Source: Rhina ancylostomus
Taxonomy: Eukaryota
Length of the DNA stretch: 64,000 nucleotides
Assembly (NCBI GenBank): GCA_030265395.1
Contig: JARFYF010000051.1
Location: forward strand, 28,802,678-28,866,677
Direction: 5' to 3'
Positions 63,366 to 64,000 of the stretch are shown here, in pieces (positions within the stretch are counted from its first letter, which is position 1; each line of letters opens with the position of its first letter). Below the pieces are notes generated by a model, which searched no databases, was not told where the DNA came from, and saw nothing but the letters and a program-made list of their open reading frames with translations. Position numbers and translations under genes: made by a program.

Positions 63366-64000
63366 GTCAGTCTCTCGCTTTTTTCATCTTTTTTGTTTTG
63401 AATTTTTATAGAGTTCTGATGTGATTTTTCTTTTTCTCCACGTGGATCATGCTTCATTCGTGAGCGACCAATTTCAGGAGTTGGTCTGCACTCACCTTTG
63501 ATGCAACCAACAAGTTGTGTTTACTGTTTCAGTTGATTTCTGCATAATTTGGATTTGTGGAGCCATTGTCAAAGATTGTGATTGTCCAAGTTGTACAAAA
63601 CTTAATGATAGACCACAGCATATGTTCTTAGCTCTCGCATGTGAAGTGTACTGCCTTGATACTGACCCAGAGCCAAAACAAGGTTTGACGTCTGTGCTCC
63701 ATCTATATTATTAATTGACAGTCAATGTTACTATTTTCAAAAGAGTAAAATTTATTTGTGATATTTAAATTGTTCTTGTCAAGCATTGAAGTCGATTGGA
63801 AGTCGAGCAAAGATTACAGGCTTGCAAATTTTTGTAAGGAATGCCCCACATACTTATAGGACGAATTAAGTGATGTGCTTTATGCTCTTGGTGGCCACGT
63901 GAATTGCTTTAGAATCTCAAGTAAGCAAGGAGGCTTTTGCTTTAATGTGGCTCATAGTCCAGGCTCTTTAACCTGGACCTTAGTATATCCTTCAAAGAAT

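Noticed and set aside
1-64000. CRISPR arrays, operons or other prokaryotic systems
   Set aside because: The sequence is spliceosomal-intron-containing vertebrate DNA with no regularly spaced repeat-spacer arrays.

Overview
This is AT-rich vertebrate genomic DNA, most likely from a cartilaginous fish (shark/ray). That is inferred from HE1/V-type SINEs, elasmobranch-type CR1 LINEs and a Penelope-like element. The whole window lies inside one + strand gene, ANKS1B (AIDA-1/EB-1). Eight GT-AG coding exons can be read by eye: 21280-21378, 24421-24573, 47200-47307, 52691-52870, 56641-56769, 57307-57378, 59779-59862 and 63228-63365. All are phase 0/0, and together they encode the end of SAM1, SAM2 with its HRKR motif, the linker and most of the PTB domain. 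The gene starts before and ends after the window. The introns hold decayed CR1 and L2 LINEs, a Penelope-like retroelement and many of its short terminal repeats, Harbinger transposase relics, a probable solo LTR, SINEs and ten N-gaps. The main non-routine signals are: (1) a GC-poor but CpG-rich, repeat-free island at about 32.3-34.3 kb that looks like an internal promoter for a short PTB-only isoform; (2) an antisense, intron-containing tRNA-Leu(CAA) gene or pseudogene with its Pol III terminator; (3) minimal hammerhead-ribozyme-like motifs with a shared variant core in the Penelope terminal repeats; (4) a 218-bp inverted repeat; (5) a direct repeat starting at a perfect 18-bp palindrome; (6) tandem splice acceptors at two exons. 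I found no convincing new protein-coding system. Repeat boundaries are approximate, and comparisons to mammalian sequences are from memory, not from a search.
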